64,000 bases of DNA, taken from the NCBI GenBank assembly GCA_963804995.1, contig CAWDSK010000003.1:1184001-1248000 (forward strand), given 5' to 3'. Below the pieces are notes generated by a model that saw only the letters and a list, made by a program, of their open reading frames with translations, ran no database searches and had not been told where the DNA came from. Position numbers and translations under genes: made by a program. Positions 31,112-41,452 of this stretch are shown in pieces; the first letter of the stretch is position 1, and every line of letters starts with the position of its first letter. Origin of the DNA: an uncultured Acidobacteriota bacterium. GTDB taxonomy: Bacteria > Acidobacteriota > Terriglobia > UBA7540.

Positions 31112-31186
31112 GGTGCCACGGGCGTCCCGCCCGTGTCCCGTCACGGCCAAGACCCCGATGGATCGGGGCAGGTCGGCCGTGGCACC
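31112..31186. repeat. REP-like palindromic element (GTGCCACGG family)
   Basis: Terminal IR GGTGCCACGG...CCGTGGCACC. Matches 22/23 nt of the reverse complement of the copy at 41401-41452. Confidence 0.7.
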
Positions 31187-31269
31187 CCAAAATAAGTCTG
31201 TGCCGGCTGCGCCTTGCCGAGGCGCTCGTGCCATCCCAAGCGTTTCGGCATGGCAGGTGCAGGCTCTAG

Positions 31270-31385
31270 TTTCGGAGTGCGGCGACTCGTCGCCGCTTTC
31301 CCTCACCGCAACTCGATGCGGCGGTACACCGACCGCTGACGAGTCAGCGGTGGCAAAAGCGGGATCAAGCTCCCGCACTCCGAAA
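31270..31385. repeat. Composite palindromic repeat (GGAGTGCGG family), copy 1
   Basis: 13-bp IR TTTCGGAGTGCGG/CCGCACTCCGAAA with internal hairpins GCGGCGACTCGTCGCCGC and CCGCTGACGAGTCAGCGG. Confidence 0.8.
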
Positions 31386-31485
31386 TTTCGCTTCCGATGC
31401 CGAGGGGAGACTCCTCTGCCGGCTTTCTACTTCCGTGCTTTTCCCTCATGGTAAACTGCCTGCTGAATAAACCGGGAGGTTCAGT

Positions 31486-32418
31486 TTGGCTCTCTATCTG
31501 GTAACAGGCGGCGCAGGATTCATCGGCTCACATATCGTAGAAGAACTGGTTCGACGCGGCGAGTCCGTGCGCGTGCTCGACGATCTTTCGACCGGGCGTC
31601 GGGAGAATCTTTCCTCCGTGCAGGGGCAGATCGACTTCCATGAGGGCGATATCCGCGATCTTGAAAAGCCGCTATTCGCGAAGGTCGATTACGTCATTCA
31701 CCTCGCTGCGGTTGCCTCCGTGGTGCGCTCGGTTGAAGACCCGGTCACGACCACTGAAATTAATCTGAATGGCACGCTCCACGTCCTGCTCGCCGCTCGC
31801 GATGCCCAGGTGAAGCGCGTGATCTTGGCGGCTACCGCGGCTGCTTACGGTGATCATCCCGCCTTGCCGCGCGTCGAGACGCAAGTGCCCGAGCCCCTCT
31901 CGCCCTACGCGCTCACGAAGTTAGCGGGTGAATACTACGGCCAGGTTTTCCACCGCCTCTTTGGTTTGGAATTTGTGGCCCTCCGCTATTTCAATATCTT
32001 TGGGCCCCGGCAGGATCCGCATTCCGCTTACTCCGGCGTGCTTTCCAAATTCATCGCCGCCTACCTTCAGAAGCAGAAGCCCACGATCTTTGGTGACGGT
32101 GAGCAGTCGCGCGATTTCACTTATGTCGCGAACGTGGTGGACGCCACACTGCGCGCCTGCCAGGCGCCCGAAGCTCCCGGCAAGGCCATCAACGTGGGTA
32201 CGGGCAGGGGCACGACCCTGAATCAGACCATCGCGATTCTCAATCAGATTCTGGGCGCCCAGGTCACACCCCACTACGCCCCCCCACGGGTGGGAGATGT
32301 TTTGCACTCGACCGCCGATATCACCCTGGCGCGCAAGATTCTTGGCTATGAGCCGCTCGTCACCTTTGAAGAGGGCCTCAGCCGGACCGTCGAGTGGATG
32401 CGCACGACGATGAGTTGA
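31486..32418 (+). CDS. NAD-dependent nucleotide-sugar epimerase (UDP-Glc/GlcNAc 4-epimerase, WbpP-like)
   Basis: TGGAGFIG, YALTK, RYFNIFGPRQD and GDGEQSRDF motifs. GGAGG SD. Confidence 0.9.
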   Translation: MALYLVTGGAGFIGSHIVEELVRRGESVRVLDDLSTGRRENLSSVQGQIDFHEGDIRDLEKPLFAKVDYVIHLAAVASVVRSVEDPVTTTEINLNGTLHVLLAARDAQVKRVILAATAAAYGDHPALPRVETQVPEPLSPYALTKLAGEYYGQVFHRLFGLEFVALRYFNIFGPRQDPHSAYSGVLSKFIAAYLQKQKPTIFGDGEQSRDFTYVANVVDATLRACQAPEAPGKAINVGTGRGTTLNQTIAILNQILGAQVTPHYAPPRVGDVLHSTADITLARKILGYEPLVTFEEGLSRTVEWMRTTMS

Positions 32419-32462
32419 TACCGCTAGGGTTCTGAGTCAGAAGTTCGCTGATCACTAGAGAA

Positions 32463-32627
32463 CCCCTCACCCCCGGCCCCCCCAAGGGGGGGGAGGGGGG
32501 AGTCAATTTGAATTTAATCGGACGAGAGAAGGAGGTTGATTTGAATTCATAGCCCTCGCCCCTTTGGGGGAGAGGGTGGACCGCAACCGGCGTTCTCATC
32601 AGCCGGGGCGGGACGGGTGAGGGGGTC
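32463..32627. repeat. CCCCTCACCC-family palindromic repeat
   Basis: The reverse complement of 32552-32627 matches 57301-57372 and 60641-60713 (CCCTCACCCG...CGGCTGATGA...CCACCCTCTCCCC). Confidence 0.75.
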
Positions 32628-32849
32628 TATCGGGAATCAATTTAGCAGGCAGCAGCGCGGCGAAACCCCAACCAAACGATCGAATCATTCTTATCGTCCT
32701 AATACCACAAATGGCACAGAATCCTTGCTAAAAAACAAGAATTTACGGTATTAGATCGCAGAGCACATTCAAGTGGTCCCATCCCACAACCCCAAAACCC
32801 CCGAAATCCATTACAATGAAGACGACTTTGAAGGAGGGGGAGGACGCCG

Positions 32850-33446
32850 GTGATTCAGCAACAGTTCCGTGATTACAGTCAGGGACTCAAGGAGGCGCTT
32901 GACGCTGTCTCTGCCGATGTTGTGGCAGAGTTAGTTGCGCTCCTCGGACGCGCCTGCCGGGAAGGCCGCCAGGTATTCCTGATGGGTAACGGCGGAAGTG
33001 GCGGTACCGCGTCGCATGCGGCCTGCGATTTGAACAAAGGCGTGTCCTTTGGCCGGGAGAAGCGCTTCCGGGCCATCTGCCTCAATGATAACCTTCCCAC
33101 CTTGATGGCTTATGCGAATGATGTTTCTTACGAAGACGTTTTCGTGGAGCCCCTGAAGAATTTCCTTCGTCCCGGCGATGTCGTGATAGGAATCTCCGGC
33201 AGCGGGAATTCCCCGAACGTTTTGAAGGCTCTGGATTACGCGAACCGTGAGGGTGCATTTACGGTGGGGCTTTCGGGGTTCAAGGGTGGAAAGCTCGCAC
33301 GCTTGGCGCGTTTGTCGCTGGTGGTGCCGGTCGACGACATGCAAAAAATTGAGGACGTTCACCTGATCATCTTCCATGTGGCGATGCAAGCACTCTGCGC
33401 GCGAATCGAAGCTCCGGTTGAGGCGCCCTCCAACCCTGCACGCTGA
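32850..33446 (+). CDS. gmhA: SIS-domain phosphoheptose isomerase (GmhA/DiaA family)
   Basis: GNGGS, ANDVSYEDVF, ISGSGNSPN and EDVH motifs. Confidence 0.8.
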   Translation: MIQQQFRDYSQGLKEALDAVSADVVAELVALLGRACREGRQVFLMGNGGSGGTASHAACDLNKGVSFGREKRFRAICLNDNLPTLMAYANDVSYEDVFVEPLKNFLRPGDVVIGISGSGNSPNVLKALDYANREGAFTVGLSGFKGGKLARLARLSLVVPVDDMQKIEDVHLIIFHVAMQALCARIEAPVEAPSNPAR

Positions 33447-33533
33447 CCCGGCAGACCGCGCTCGAACGCGAATGACCCAAGGTCGACTCAACATGCGGGA
33501 TAAAGTACAACCGAGGTGTTCGCGGAGCGCCGC

Positions 33534-34724
33534 ATGAAGATAGCCATCCTCGGGTTCACCGCCACGTCTTACGGAAGCCACACCTACCTGAAGAATTTTC
33601 TACCCCACCTGGCGCAACTGGATCGCTCCAATCTGTATGAGGTCTTTCTTCCGGCCCAGCACGCCGGCGACCTGAAGGTTCGGCAGCCGAATTTTCGGAC
33701 CCGCCTCGGCCGCATCGTGCCCCGCTCCGGCTGGTTGCGGGGGCTTTGGGAACAGTTGATTCTTCCCTGGATTCTCTGGGCAAATCGGATAGACGCTGTT
33801 TACACCACGCATAACATGGCCATCCTGCTATCGCCCGTTCCCAGCTTCATCCTGATTCAGAATGTCGAACCCTTTTTCGCGGGAAAATTCCCGAACGCTT
33901 TGTGGCTCCGGCCCCGCCTCTGGCTCCTCAAAGTTGTTACCAGCCTCTCCCTCCGGAAGAGCCGGAAAATCCTTGCCATTTCGGAATGGGAGAGAGATTT
34001 TCTGGTCGAGCGCTTTCACCTTCCGCAAAGCAAAATCGTGGTCTCCTACCCCGGCGTGGCAGAGATGTTTCATCCTCCCGGACCGGAATCCGCTGCCGAG
34101 TTGCGCGAGCGCCTGGGACTTGAACCACCTTACATCCTCTGCGTAACGCGCCTGGCGGGCTATGGCAATTTGCTTAATCTTGCCAAGGCCTATGCTTCCC
34201 TGGTTAAACAGGGGAAGGTCTCGATGCCCCTGGTCATCCCCGGAGAAGTGTGGGACCGCCAGTACATTGGGAATGTAAAAAAGCTCCTCGCCCGCGAAGG
34301 CTGTGCAGATCAGGTGAAGTTCCTCGGCTACGTTCCGCATCAGCACATGCCCTTGCTCTTCGGAAACGCCCAGTGCTTCGTCTTTCCGTCGCGGCTGGAA
34401 GCGTGTGGCACCGTGCTGATGGAAGCCCTCGCGTGCGGAACCCCAATCGTTTGTAGCCGGCTTCGCCCCCTGACGGATATTTGTGGTGAGGCCGCAGTTT
34501 TCTTCGACGGTGAAGATCCTGGGGATATTGCCGATAAACTACTCGAAGTCCTTGGAGACCAGGCTTTGAGGGAGAGGCTTAGGGGTCGCGGACCAGCACG
34601 CGCCGCACAGTTCTGCTGGCGCCAGGGTGCGGAAAAAATGTATCGAGCCTTCGAGGAACTGCGGCCTCTGCCCGCCGCCGAAAGTCGCGGCGCCGCCGCC
34701 CCAGATCATGAAAGGAGGACCTGA
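33534..34724 (+). CDS. GT4 glycosyltransferase (MtfB-like)
   Basis: WEQLILP, FVFPSRLEACGTVLMEALACGTP motifs. Confidence 0.85.
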   Translation: MKIAILGFTATSYGSHTYLKNFLPHLAQLDRSNLYEVFLPAQHAGDLKVRQPNFRTRLGRIVPRSGWLRGLWEQLILPWILWANRIDAVYTTHNMAILLSPVPSFILIQNVEPFFAGKFPNALWLRPRLWLLKVVTSLSLRKSRKILAISEWERDFLVERFHLPQSKIVVSYPGVAEMFHPPGPESAAELRERLGLEPPYILCVTRLAGYGNLLNLAKAYASLVKQGKVSMPLVIPGEVWDRQYIGNVKKLLAREGCADQVKFLGYVPHQHMPLLFGNAQCFVFPSRLEACGTVLMEALACGTPIVCSRLRPLTDICGEAAVFFDGEDPGDIADKLLEVLGDQALRERLRGRGPARAAQFCWRQGAEKMYRAFEELRPLPAAESRGAAAPDHERRT

Positions 34725-34765
34725 CCGCAGCCAGCCGCTCCCAGCTCGGGCCAGGAGAATTCCCC

Positions 34766-35995
34766 TTGCGCCTCTTAATTCTCAGCCTCCGGTTCGCTCC
34801 TGAGATTACCAGCAACGCCGTGGTGATCACGGGACTGGCGCGGGCGCTGGCGGCGCGTGGCCACCAAGTAACCGTGCTGGCCGGCACACCCCACTACCAG
34901 CTTCCCGGCGTCCCTCCCGGATATCTCTTCCGGCCTTTCCGGAGCGAACTCGCGGACGGCGTAAGGGTCATACGCTGCTGGGCTTTCCCGAAATCCGATG
35001 GCAAAGTTTCAAAGCTTCTTAACTATTTGACCTTCACCAAGACTAGTTTTATCGCCAGTCTGTTCGTCGCACGCCCCGACGCCGTTTTGGTGATTTCGCC
35101 GCCCTTCTGGCTGGGGTTTATCGCTTTGTTTCTAAAAACCCTCCGGCGCTGCCCGGTGATTTACAACGCCCAGGACCTGTTTCCCCAGGCTTATCTCGCG
35201 AGTGGCGAAGTCAGAACGGGCTGGATGACGCGCCGCATGAGCTCCCTCGCAACCCGCCTCTACCGGCGCTGTGACTGGATCACCGTGATTACGAATTCGT
35301 TTGCGGATGCCATCGCCGCCCAGGGCATCGATCCGGGAAAAATTCTGACCATCCCCAATTTCGTTGACACCGCGGCCCTCACCCCTCGGCCGCGGCTCAA
35401 TTCCTTCAGCCACCGCTGGGGGCTCGATGATAAGTTCGTTGTCATGTACGCGGGTAATATTGGATACACGCATGGGACGGAGCACCTGGTGGAGGCGGCG
35501 GAGAAGCTGGGCTCTCTCAGAAACCTATGGTTTCTGGTCATTGGTGGGGGGTCGAAGCAGGCGGACCTGGCGCGCCTGGCGCGGGAACGGGGGCTCAAAA
35601 ACTTCCAGTTTCTTCCCACCCAACCAGGCGAGGTTCTGGCTGAAATGCTGGCCGCCGCCGATGTGCTGGTCCTGACCACCAAACCCGGCGTCGGCAAGTC
35701 CTCCTTTCCCGGCCGCATTTACAACTTTTTGCTCGCCGCGCGACCTGTTATTGTTAGCATCGACGCTGACTCTGACACAGCCCGGCTGGTACGCGAGGCG
35801 GGCGCAGGTCTGGTTACCGCACCAGGTAACGTGGAAGATTTCTGCCAAGCTCTCACCACCTTGTACCATGACGCCTCTTGGCGCGAACGCCTGGGACGTA
35901 GCGGAGCCGAATTCATCGCGCGGCAATACTCCCCGGAGGCCGTGGTTGAACAATACGACCGGCTTCTGAAAGGATCGCGCGCCTGCGGAGGGTGA
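34766..35995 (+). CDS. GT4 glycosyltransferase (WcaI/WbuB-like)
   Basis: FAPE, PHY, SPP, QDLFP and YAGNIG motifs. Confidence 0.85.
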   Translation: MRLLILSLRFAPEITSNAVVITGLARALAARGHQVTVLAGTPHYQLPGVPPGYLFRPFRSELADGVRVIRCWAFPKSDGKVSKLLNYLTFTKTSFIASLFVARPDAVLVISPPFWLGFIALFLKTLRRCPVIYNAQDLFPQAYLASGEVRTGWMTRRMSSLATRLYRRCDWITVITNSFADAIAAQGIDPGKILTIPNFVDTAALTPRPRLNSFSHRWGLDDKFVVMYAGNIGYTHGTEHLVEAAEKLGSLRNLWFLVIGGGSKQADLARLARERGLKNFQFLPTQPGEVLAEMLAAADVLVLTTKPGVGKSSFPGRIYNFLLAARPVIVSIDADSDTARLVREAGAGLVTAPGNVEDFCQALTTLYHDASWRERLGRSGAEFIARQYSPEAVVEQYDRLLKGSRACGG

Positions 35996-36008
35996 CGGTC
36001 ACAGAACT

Positions 36009-37355
36009 ATGACGCCTTCGGTCCAGATCAAAACCAAGCTGGCCCTCCTCGGTGGAGACTTCCTTCTCCTGGCCGCCTCGTTGGCCCTCAGCACTTACAT
36101 CTACCGGGGCGAGTTAGCGCCTGTTTACGGACAGTACGACGTCGCTTCCGCCCTCTGCCTGGCGGTTTACCCGCTCTTCCTTTATCTGACGCGCGCTTAT
36201 GAAGTGCAGCCCGAGGCAAGTTCCGCGGAAAACTTGCGCAGGCCTCTCCTCGGCCAATTGTTAGCGGCGACCGCAGCTTCTTTCTTCTTCTTCTTCGCGC
36301 AAGAGTATCGTTTCGGCCGTGGCATCTTCGCCATCGCCAACGTGCTCTACGCCTGTCTGTTGACCCTTTGGCGCCTCTGGTTTTTCCAGCGCCTGCGCCG
36401 CCGGAGCCTGGCCATTCTCGTCATGGGCAATAACTCAGAGGTCGAAACGGCCCGCCAGTTGATCCGTGAGTTCTCCCCTTCCTCGAGGATCCACACCTGG
36501 TTTCCCGGCGCCGATTCCGCAGCCCCTTCCGAGAAATTCGACAGCAACGGTGTCGACGCCCCCACCCAGGAACTCGATCTCCTGGTCCTGGCCGGTCATT
36601 CGCTTGATTCCAACACCCTGCATAAAGCCGCCACGATTCGCCTGCAAGGCATCATGGTATGGAACCTGCCGCGCCTTTATGCCGAATTCGCCGAGCGACT
36701 CCCCGCGCAGTTCCTCGACGAGCACTGGCTGGCCACTGCCGAGGGTTTCGGCTCCCTTAATGAGCAGAGCTTTCAGGTCGTCAAGCGGCTCTTGGATATC
36801 GCCGTCGCTCTGGGGGGGCTGTTGAGTGCGTCGCCTTTCCTGATTGTGGCTGCGCTGCTGATCAAACTCCAGGATGGCGGCCCCATAATGTATTCCCAGG
36901 AAAGAGTCGGCCAGCGCGGGAAGACCTTCCACGTTCACAAGCTGCGCACCATGGTGGGCGGTGCGGAGGAGAGTACCGGCCCGGTTTGGGCTACACCCCG
37001 TGACCCGCGCGTGACCCGCGTCGGACGCTGGTTGCGCAAGCTCCGTATCGATGAGATCCCCCAGATGTGGAACGTCCTCAGAGGTGAGATGAGCCTGGTC
37101 GGGCCCCGCCCCGAGCGGCCCGTGTTCGTCGAGGCACTCCAGAACAAATACCCTGTCTATGCGCTGCGCCACTTGATACGGCCCGGTATCACCGGCTGGG
37201 CGCAAATTCGTTGCCCTTACGCCGCCAGCGATGAAGACAATCTCCGCAAACTCGAGTATGACCTTTACTACCTCCAAAATGCTTCCCTGCTTTTCGACCT
37301 GAGGGTCTTGCTGAAAACTATTTCCATCGTCCTCTCAGGCTCCGGCTCGCGCTAA
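36009..37355 (+). CDS. Priming polyprenyl glycosylphosphotransferase (WcaJ/WbaP-like sugar transferase)
   Basis: 4 N-terminal TM helices, then [44 protein letters not shown]. Confidence 0.9.
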   Translation: MTPSVQIKTKLALLGGDFLLLAASLALSTYIYRGELAPVYGQYDVASALCLAVYPLFLYLTRAYEVQPEASSAENLRRPLLGQLLAATAASFFFFFAQEYRFGRGIFAIANVLYACLLTLWRLWFFQRLRRRSLAILVMGNNSEVETARQLIREFSPSSRIHTWFPGADSAAPSEKFDSNGVDAPTQELDLLVLAGHSLDSNTLHKAATIRLQGIMVWNLPRLYAEFAERLPAQFLDEHWLATAEGFGSLNEQSFQVVKRLLDIAVALGGLLSASPFLIVAALLIKLQDGGPIMYSQERVGQRGKTFHVHKLRTMVGGAEESTGPVWATPRDPRVTRVGRWLRKLRIDEIPQMWNVLRGEMSLVGPRPERPVFVEALQNKYPVYALRHLIRPGITGWAQIRCPYAASDEDNLRKLEYDLYYLQNASLLFDLRVLLKTISIVLSGSGSR

Positions 37356-37487
37356 TCCGGATCTCCTACTGCCCATCCCATACCGCCGCCTTCGATTTAC
37401 ACGTAGGTACGGCGAGCATATCTAGGTTGGGGAGTATCAGGCAGGAGCTTTAGCCCGCAATTCTCACCACGGGCAAGCGAACCGAAG

Positions 37488-37602
37488 TTTGGAGTGCGGC
37501 GACTCGTCGCCGCTTTCCAACGCCGCGACTCGTCGCGGCGAATCACTGAGCGCTGACGAGTCAGCGGTAGAAAAAGCGGGAGCGAGCTCCCGCACTCCGA
37601 AA
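37488..37602. repeat. Composite palindromic repeat (GGAGTGCGG family), copy 2
   Basis: Same ends and internal hairpins as 31270-31385. Lies between convergent genes. Confidence 0.8.
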
Positions 37603-37858
37603 TTTGCCTCCGCGCGCCCGGACAAGCGGTTCGATCGTGGCGGACGCGGAAACCATCAGAAAGGGCCGGGGTTAATCCCCGCCCTTTAGGCCTGCGACTT
37701 TTTGTCATGTGGGACGTGTCCCAGTAGTTGCTCTCCGCGCACCATAGCGCGCGAGGTCCCACCAACTTTCCCGTCTACAGACACTTTTTGCCCTCTGACT
37801 TTTCATTTTCCCATCGGCGCAGTTGCTGCTTGCCAGAAAGCATCTTCCGGTCGCGAAT

Positions 37859-39883
37859 TCAGTCGCGCAGGGGCGAGTGACCCCGAGCAATCCTTTCGCT
37901 ACTCAACTCGTGCACCATGTCAACGAGGGCGACTACGTTCTCGTAAGGCGTATCGGGAAGCAGGCCATGGCCGAGGTTGAAAATGTGGCCCGTGCGGTAA
38001 TCGGCTTGCTGCAGGACGCGCTGGGCACGTCTCCGAATGAATTCCGGATCCCCATAAAGCACCATGGGGTCAAGGTTCCCTTGCACGCCCACACCGTCGC
38101 CAACCCTTCGCCAGGCCTGGTCAAGTTCGATGTGCGAGTCGACGCCGATGACGTTGCCACCCGCGTTGCGCATTGATTCCAGAAGCATCGCAGTGCCCGT
38201 TCCAAAGTGGATAATGGGCGTCCCGGGCTTGACCGCCTGCAGCATCAGGCGCGTGTAGGGTTGAACGTACTCCTGGTAATCCGCGGGGCCGAGGCAGCCC
38301 ACCCAGGTATCGAACACCTGCAGGGCCTGCACACCAGCGTCGATCTGGCCGTTGAGGTACTTGCCGAGGCTGCGCGCCAGATGCTCCATCAGCGCACGCC
38401 ACGCGCCCGGGTCGCGGTACATCAGGGCTTTTGTGTGCCGATAATTTCTGGACCCGCCACCCTCGATCAAGTAAGAAGCCAGCGTGAAGGGACAGGCGCC
38501 AAAGCCGATGAGCGGCAGCTTGGCATCCAGGTCGGCGCGGGTTTGACGGATGGCCTGGTAGAGATAGCTCAGTGATTGTTCCGGGTCCACCTCGCGCAGC
38601 CGGTCAACGTCCGCAGCTTCACGCAGTCCGGGGCTGATGATGGGTCCTTCCCCACTGCCGTATTCCAGGTGCAGGCCCAGAGGCTCCACAATCAACAGCA
38701 GGTCGGCAAATATAATCGCTGCGTCCACACCCAGCTTCTTCGCCGCCGTAACCGTGACTTCCGAAACCAAATCAGGGTTTTTGCAAAGCTCCAAAAAGGG
38801 CACACGGGCGCGCAAATCCCGATACTCTTTCATGTAGCGGCCTGCCTGGCGCATCAGCCAGATAGGCGTGGCATCGACTGGCTCAAACCGGCAGGCCCGC
38901 AGGAAGCGCGACTCATTCCACGCCGCGGGCTCATTTCCGCGGGCGGCTGCCGGCGCTTGGGTCACTCCCTCGACCACAACGATGGGCCTCGCACTCGGTG
39001 CTTCTGACTCCTGGCTTCTGACTCCTGACTTCTTTCCGAGGATCTCCCTGGCGCGCTGGGCGGCTATCTGCACCAGGGGCCCCATCTTGGGATGCTCCGG
39101 CTCAAGGTCGAACGCAATGCCATGAGCCACCAGAGTCTCGCTGCACGTCGGCCCCACCGAAGCGACCACCGCATTCTTTAGCGCCGCGAGCAGGCGATCC
39201 CGCTCACCGCACTCGGCGGCCGCAAGCAACAGATGCTCCACCTGGGCCGCGTTGGTGAACAGAGCGACCCGGGCGCGCCCCTCAATCAGGGCTTGAATTG
39301 TTTCCTTCAGAGGTTTCAGGTCTTCGGGAAGCGCCCATTGATAGATCGGGACACGCAAGACCTCGACGCCACGCTCGCTGAGCCCCGCGAGCAAGGCCTC
39401 GTTCGACTTCCCATATTCCTGCACGGCAACGCGGCTACCCTGAAGCGTAAATCCTCGCGGGTTTTCGTCCAGTTCTTCGAGGAGTTCCCGCCAAGTATTG
39501 GGCGCCGGGACGCTAATCGTAATCGGCACGTGTAACTCGCGCAGGACCTTTACGGGTTTGGGCCCACGGGCGACGACCGTGACTCTGCTCAAAGCTGCGA
39601 TGATCATCTCGCGCGAATAGCGTGTCTCCAGCACCTCAACCAGCCGACGCGTTCCAACCCCCGTCAGGAAGATAACCGCATCGAGGCGGCGCGCGAAAAG
39701 CGCCTCGCCGAAGCGGAAGGCCGCGACGTTCTCTGCCAGCGGAACCTCACGCAGGGCCGGAGCCACGCGCGGGACGCCTCCAAACTTCGAGATCAGAGTG
39801 GCCATCTCCGCGGCGTGACGGCTTTCAAACGCCACCACCTCCAGGCCGTCAAAACTCGGAAGGACTGCTTTCGGTTCAGTCAT
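37859..39883 (-). CDS. hemE: Uroporphyrinogen-III synthase (HemD)-uroporphyrinogen decarboxylase (HemE) fusion
   Basis: HemD-like N-half (FLTGVG, ARGPKP, VGPTC). HemE C-half (PIWLMRQAGRY, QVFDTW, QGNLDP, FNLGHG). Confidence 0.9.
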   Translation of the reverse strand: MTEPKAVLPSFDGLEVVAFESRHAAEMATLISKFGGVPRVAPALREVPLAENVAAFRFGEALFARRLDAVIFLTGVGTRRLVEVLETRYSREMIIAALSRVTVVARGPKPVKVLRELHVPITISVPAPNTWRELLEELDENPRGFTLQGSRVAVQEYGKSNEALLAGLSERGVEVLRVPIYQWALPEDLKPLKETIQALIEGRARVALFTNAAQVEHLLLAAAECGERDRLLAALKNAVVASVGPTCSETLVAHGIAFDLEPEHPKMGPLVQIAAQRAREILGKKSGVRSQESEAPSARPIVVVEGVTQAPAAARGNEPAAWNESRFLRACRFEPVDATPIWLMRQAGRYMKEYRDLRARVPFLELCKNPDLVSEVTVTAAKKLGVDAAIIFADLLLIVEPLGLHLEYGSGEGPIISPGLREAADVDRLREVDPEQSLSYLYQAIRQTRADLDAKLPLIGFGACPFTLASYLIEGGGSRNYRHTKALMYRDPGAWRALMEHLARSLGKYLNGQIDAGVQALQVFDTWVGCLGPADYQEYVQPYTRLMLQAVKPGTPIIHFGTGTAMLLESMRNAGGNVIGVDSHIELDQAWRRVGDGVGVQGNLDPMVLYGDPEFIRRRAQRVLQQADYRTGHIFNLGHGLLPDTPYENVVALVDMVHELSSERIARGHSPLRD

Positions 39884-40355
39884 GTTAATCGCTTTCCCCA
39901 GAAACCCAGGTGCGCCTGTGGTGCGCCACTACTCCCTGCTGACGCGGTTGCCCGCCCCGATGCCGGGCCGGCGGGCTCACGGAATCTGCTCCGCGCGCGG
40001 GGGAAGGTTCCTCCCTCCAGTCCGGTCATCCATAGGCCCCACACCGAACCCCGTATTCAGACTATGCATGAAGGGGTGGCGGGCGTCAACGGCCCCTCCG
40101 CGGGCAGCGCAGATCCGGACCCCGCCATTTTCGAGCAACGTGGCGCAGAGTTACGCGTGGTATGCGTGACTCTGCGCCAGCCCGCCCTGCATAATGGTCG
40201 GGCCCGGAATGTGCAGCAGTGGCCCCTTTCTGAGCCGCCAGGGTCGCTCCGGATAAATGAGCATGAAAGAAGCAGTTCCGGCGGGGGCGGTTGGATGTAT
40301 ACTGCTTGGCAGTCACAAAGACAATGTGGAAATCCCCAGTTCACCGAGAATATCG

Positions 40356-40970
40356 ATGACTTCAACATCTTCTGCGGTACAGGCTTTTGTCGACTCTCTT
40401 TTGAGGCTCAATTTCGAAGGCATGGAAGCCACCTTGCAACCCACAGTTGAGTTCCGCGCGCTGGTGCCAGGCGAACTTGTCAATGTCGCGACGGCATCAG
40501 AAGTCGCTGAGTGTTTTCGGCGTTGGCTTGGCGATAAGACGGATCTGGAGTTACTCCACCTCAAAAGCGAGCAGCTCATCGATCGGTGGTTGCTGGAATA
40601 TGGCTTGCGCCTCTACAAGAAGGGCCAACCCTATTTGGTCGAGCAGCGCATCTGCTCCACGATTGAAGACGGGAAATTCGCGGTCATTGACCTGGTCTGC
40701 TCGGGATTCCGCCCCGAGGGGGTCGTGGAAACCGAACCGTCGGTTCACCGGTTCGACGCGGGCGATCTGGGATGCGGATCCGGCCTGCCGCGAGAGTTCC
40801 GAGCGCGCCTCGGGCAGATTCCGATTGGACATATTTTGGAAGTCGTCACCAAGGACCCCTCGGCCAAGGAGGATCTTCCTGCCATGGCCCGCCTTCTAGG
40901 GCACAAGGTTCGGTCCATCGATTCAGGAGCAGAGGGAGTGCAAATCATTCGAGTGGAGCGTGCCAAATGA
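40356..40970 (+). CDS. SnoaL/NTF2-like domain fused to a TusA/SirA-like sulfur-carrier domain
   Basis: N-part FRALVPG...LVCSGFRP. C-part FDAGDLGCG...LEVVTKDPSAKEDLPAMARLLGH matches the TusA pattern. Confidence 0.7.
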   Translation: MTSTSSAVQAFVDSLLRLNFEGMEATLQPTVEFRALVPGELVNVATASEVAECFRRWLGDKTDLELLHLKSEQLIDRWLLEYGLRLYKKGQPYLVEQRICSTIEDGKFAVIDLVCSGFRPEGVVETEPSVHRFDAGDLGCGSGLPREFRARLGQIPIGHILEVVTKDPSAKEDLPAMARLLGHKVRSIDSGAEGVQIIRVERAK

Positions 40971-41332
40971 GTCACCGCATGATTTTCCAATGTACCTATG
41001 GGAAAGAGAATCCGGAGCGTGCAACTCTGCCCTTCGTGGCGGCCAACGTGGCAGCCACGGCCGGTATCGAAGCCACCGTGGTCTGCACCGTCGACGCAGT
41101 GTGGCTGGGCACCAAGGGCGGCGCCGAAGGGGTGGTTTCGAAGAGCCTGACTCCCCTGGCGGATTTAATGCGAGAGTTTCTCGCCAACGGCGGCAAGGTT
41201 TGGCTGTGTGGCGCTTGCACCAAGCCGCGCGGAATTACCGAAGCTGAAATTGCCCCGGGAGTAACAATCGTCGGGGCAGCCGCGATCATCGAGGCCATCG
41301 CCAACGGGACCACTCCGATCGCTTTTGCTTAG
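40967..41332 (+). CDS. DsrE/DsrF-like family protein
   Basis: ATGA overlap with the upstream gene. PERATLPF, DAVWL and GKVWLCGAC..RG motifs. Confidence 0.8.
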   Translation: MSHRMIFQCTYGKENPERATLPFVAANVAATAGIEATVVCTVDAVWLGTKGGAEGVVSKSLTPLADLMREFLANGGKVWLCGACTKPRGITEAEIAPGVTIVGAAAIIEAIANGTTPIAFA

Positions 41333-41400
41333 AAGCGTCACCGCGCGTGCTGTCCAGGATCCACGCTTGCGGCGGGCGTCTGCGCCAAGCGGCGTCGCTT

Positions 41401-41452
41401 GTGCCGTGGCCATCCTGGCCATGCCCCTTCACGCGCGGGACGCCCGTGGCAC
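41401..41452. repeat. REP-like palindromic element (GTGCCACGG family), copy 2
   Basis: GTGCCGTGG...CCGTGGCAC, matching 31113 in inverted orientation. Confidence 0.7.

Noticed and set aside
31112..31385. CRISPR array
   Set aside because: The palindromes are dispersed or nested and are not regularly spaced direct repeats with unique spacers. No cas genes are present.
32470..32500. Poly-C/poly-G tracts as a phase-variation switch or G-quadruplex
   Set aside because: They are a degenerate or collapsed part of the CCCCTCACCC-family hairpin, intergenic, and prone to homopolymer read errors.
39900..40340. Small ORFs or a riboswitch between hemD-hemE and the TusA fusion
   Set aside because: No recognisable protein or RNA motif could be supported by eye.
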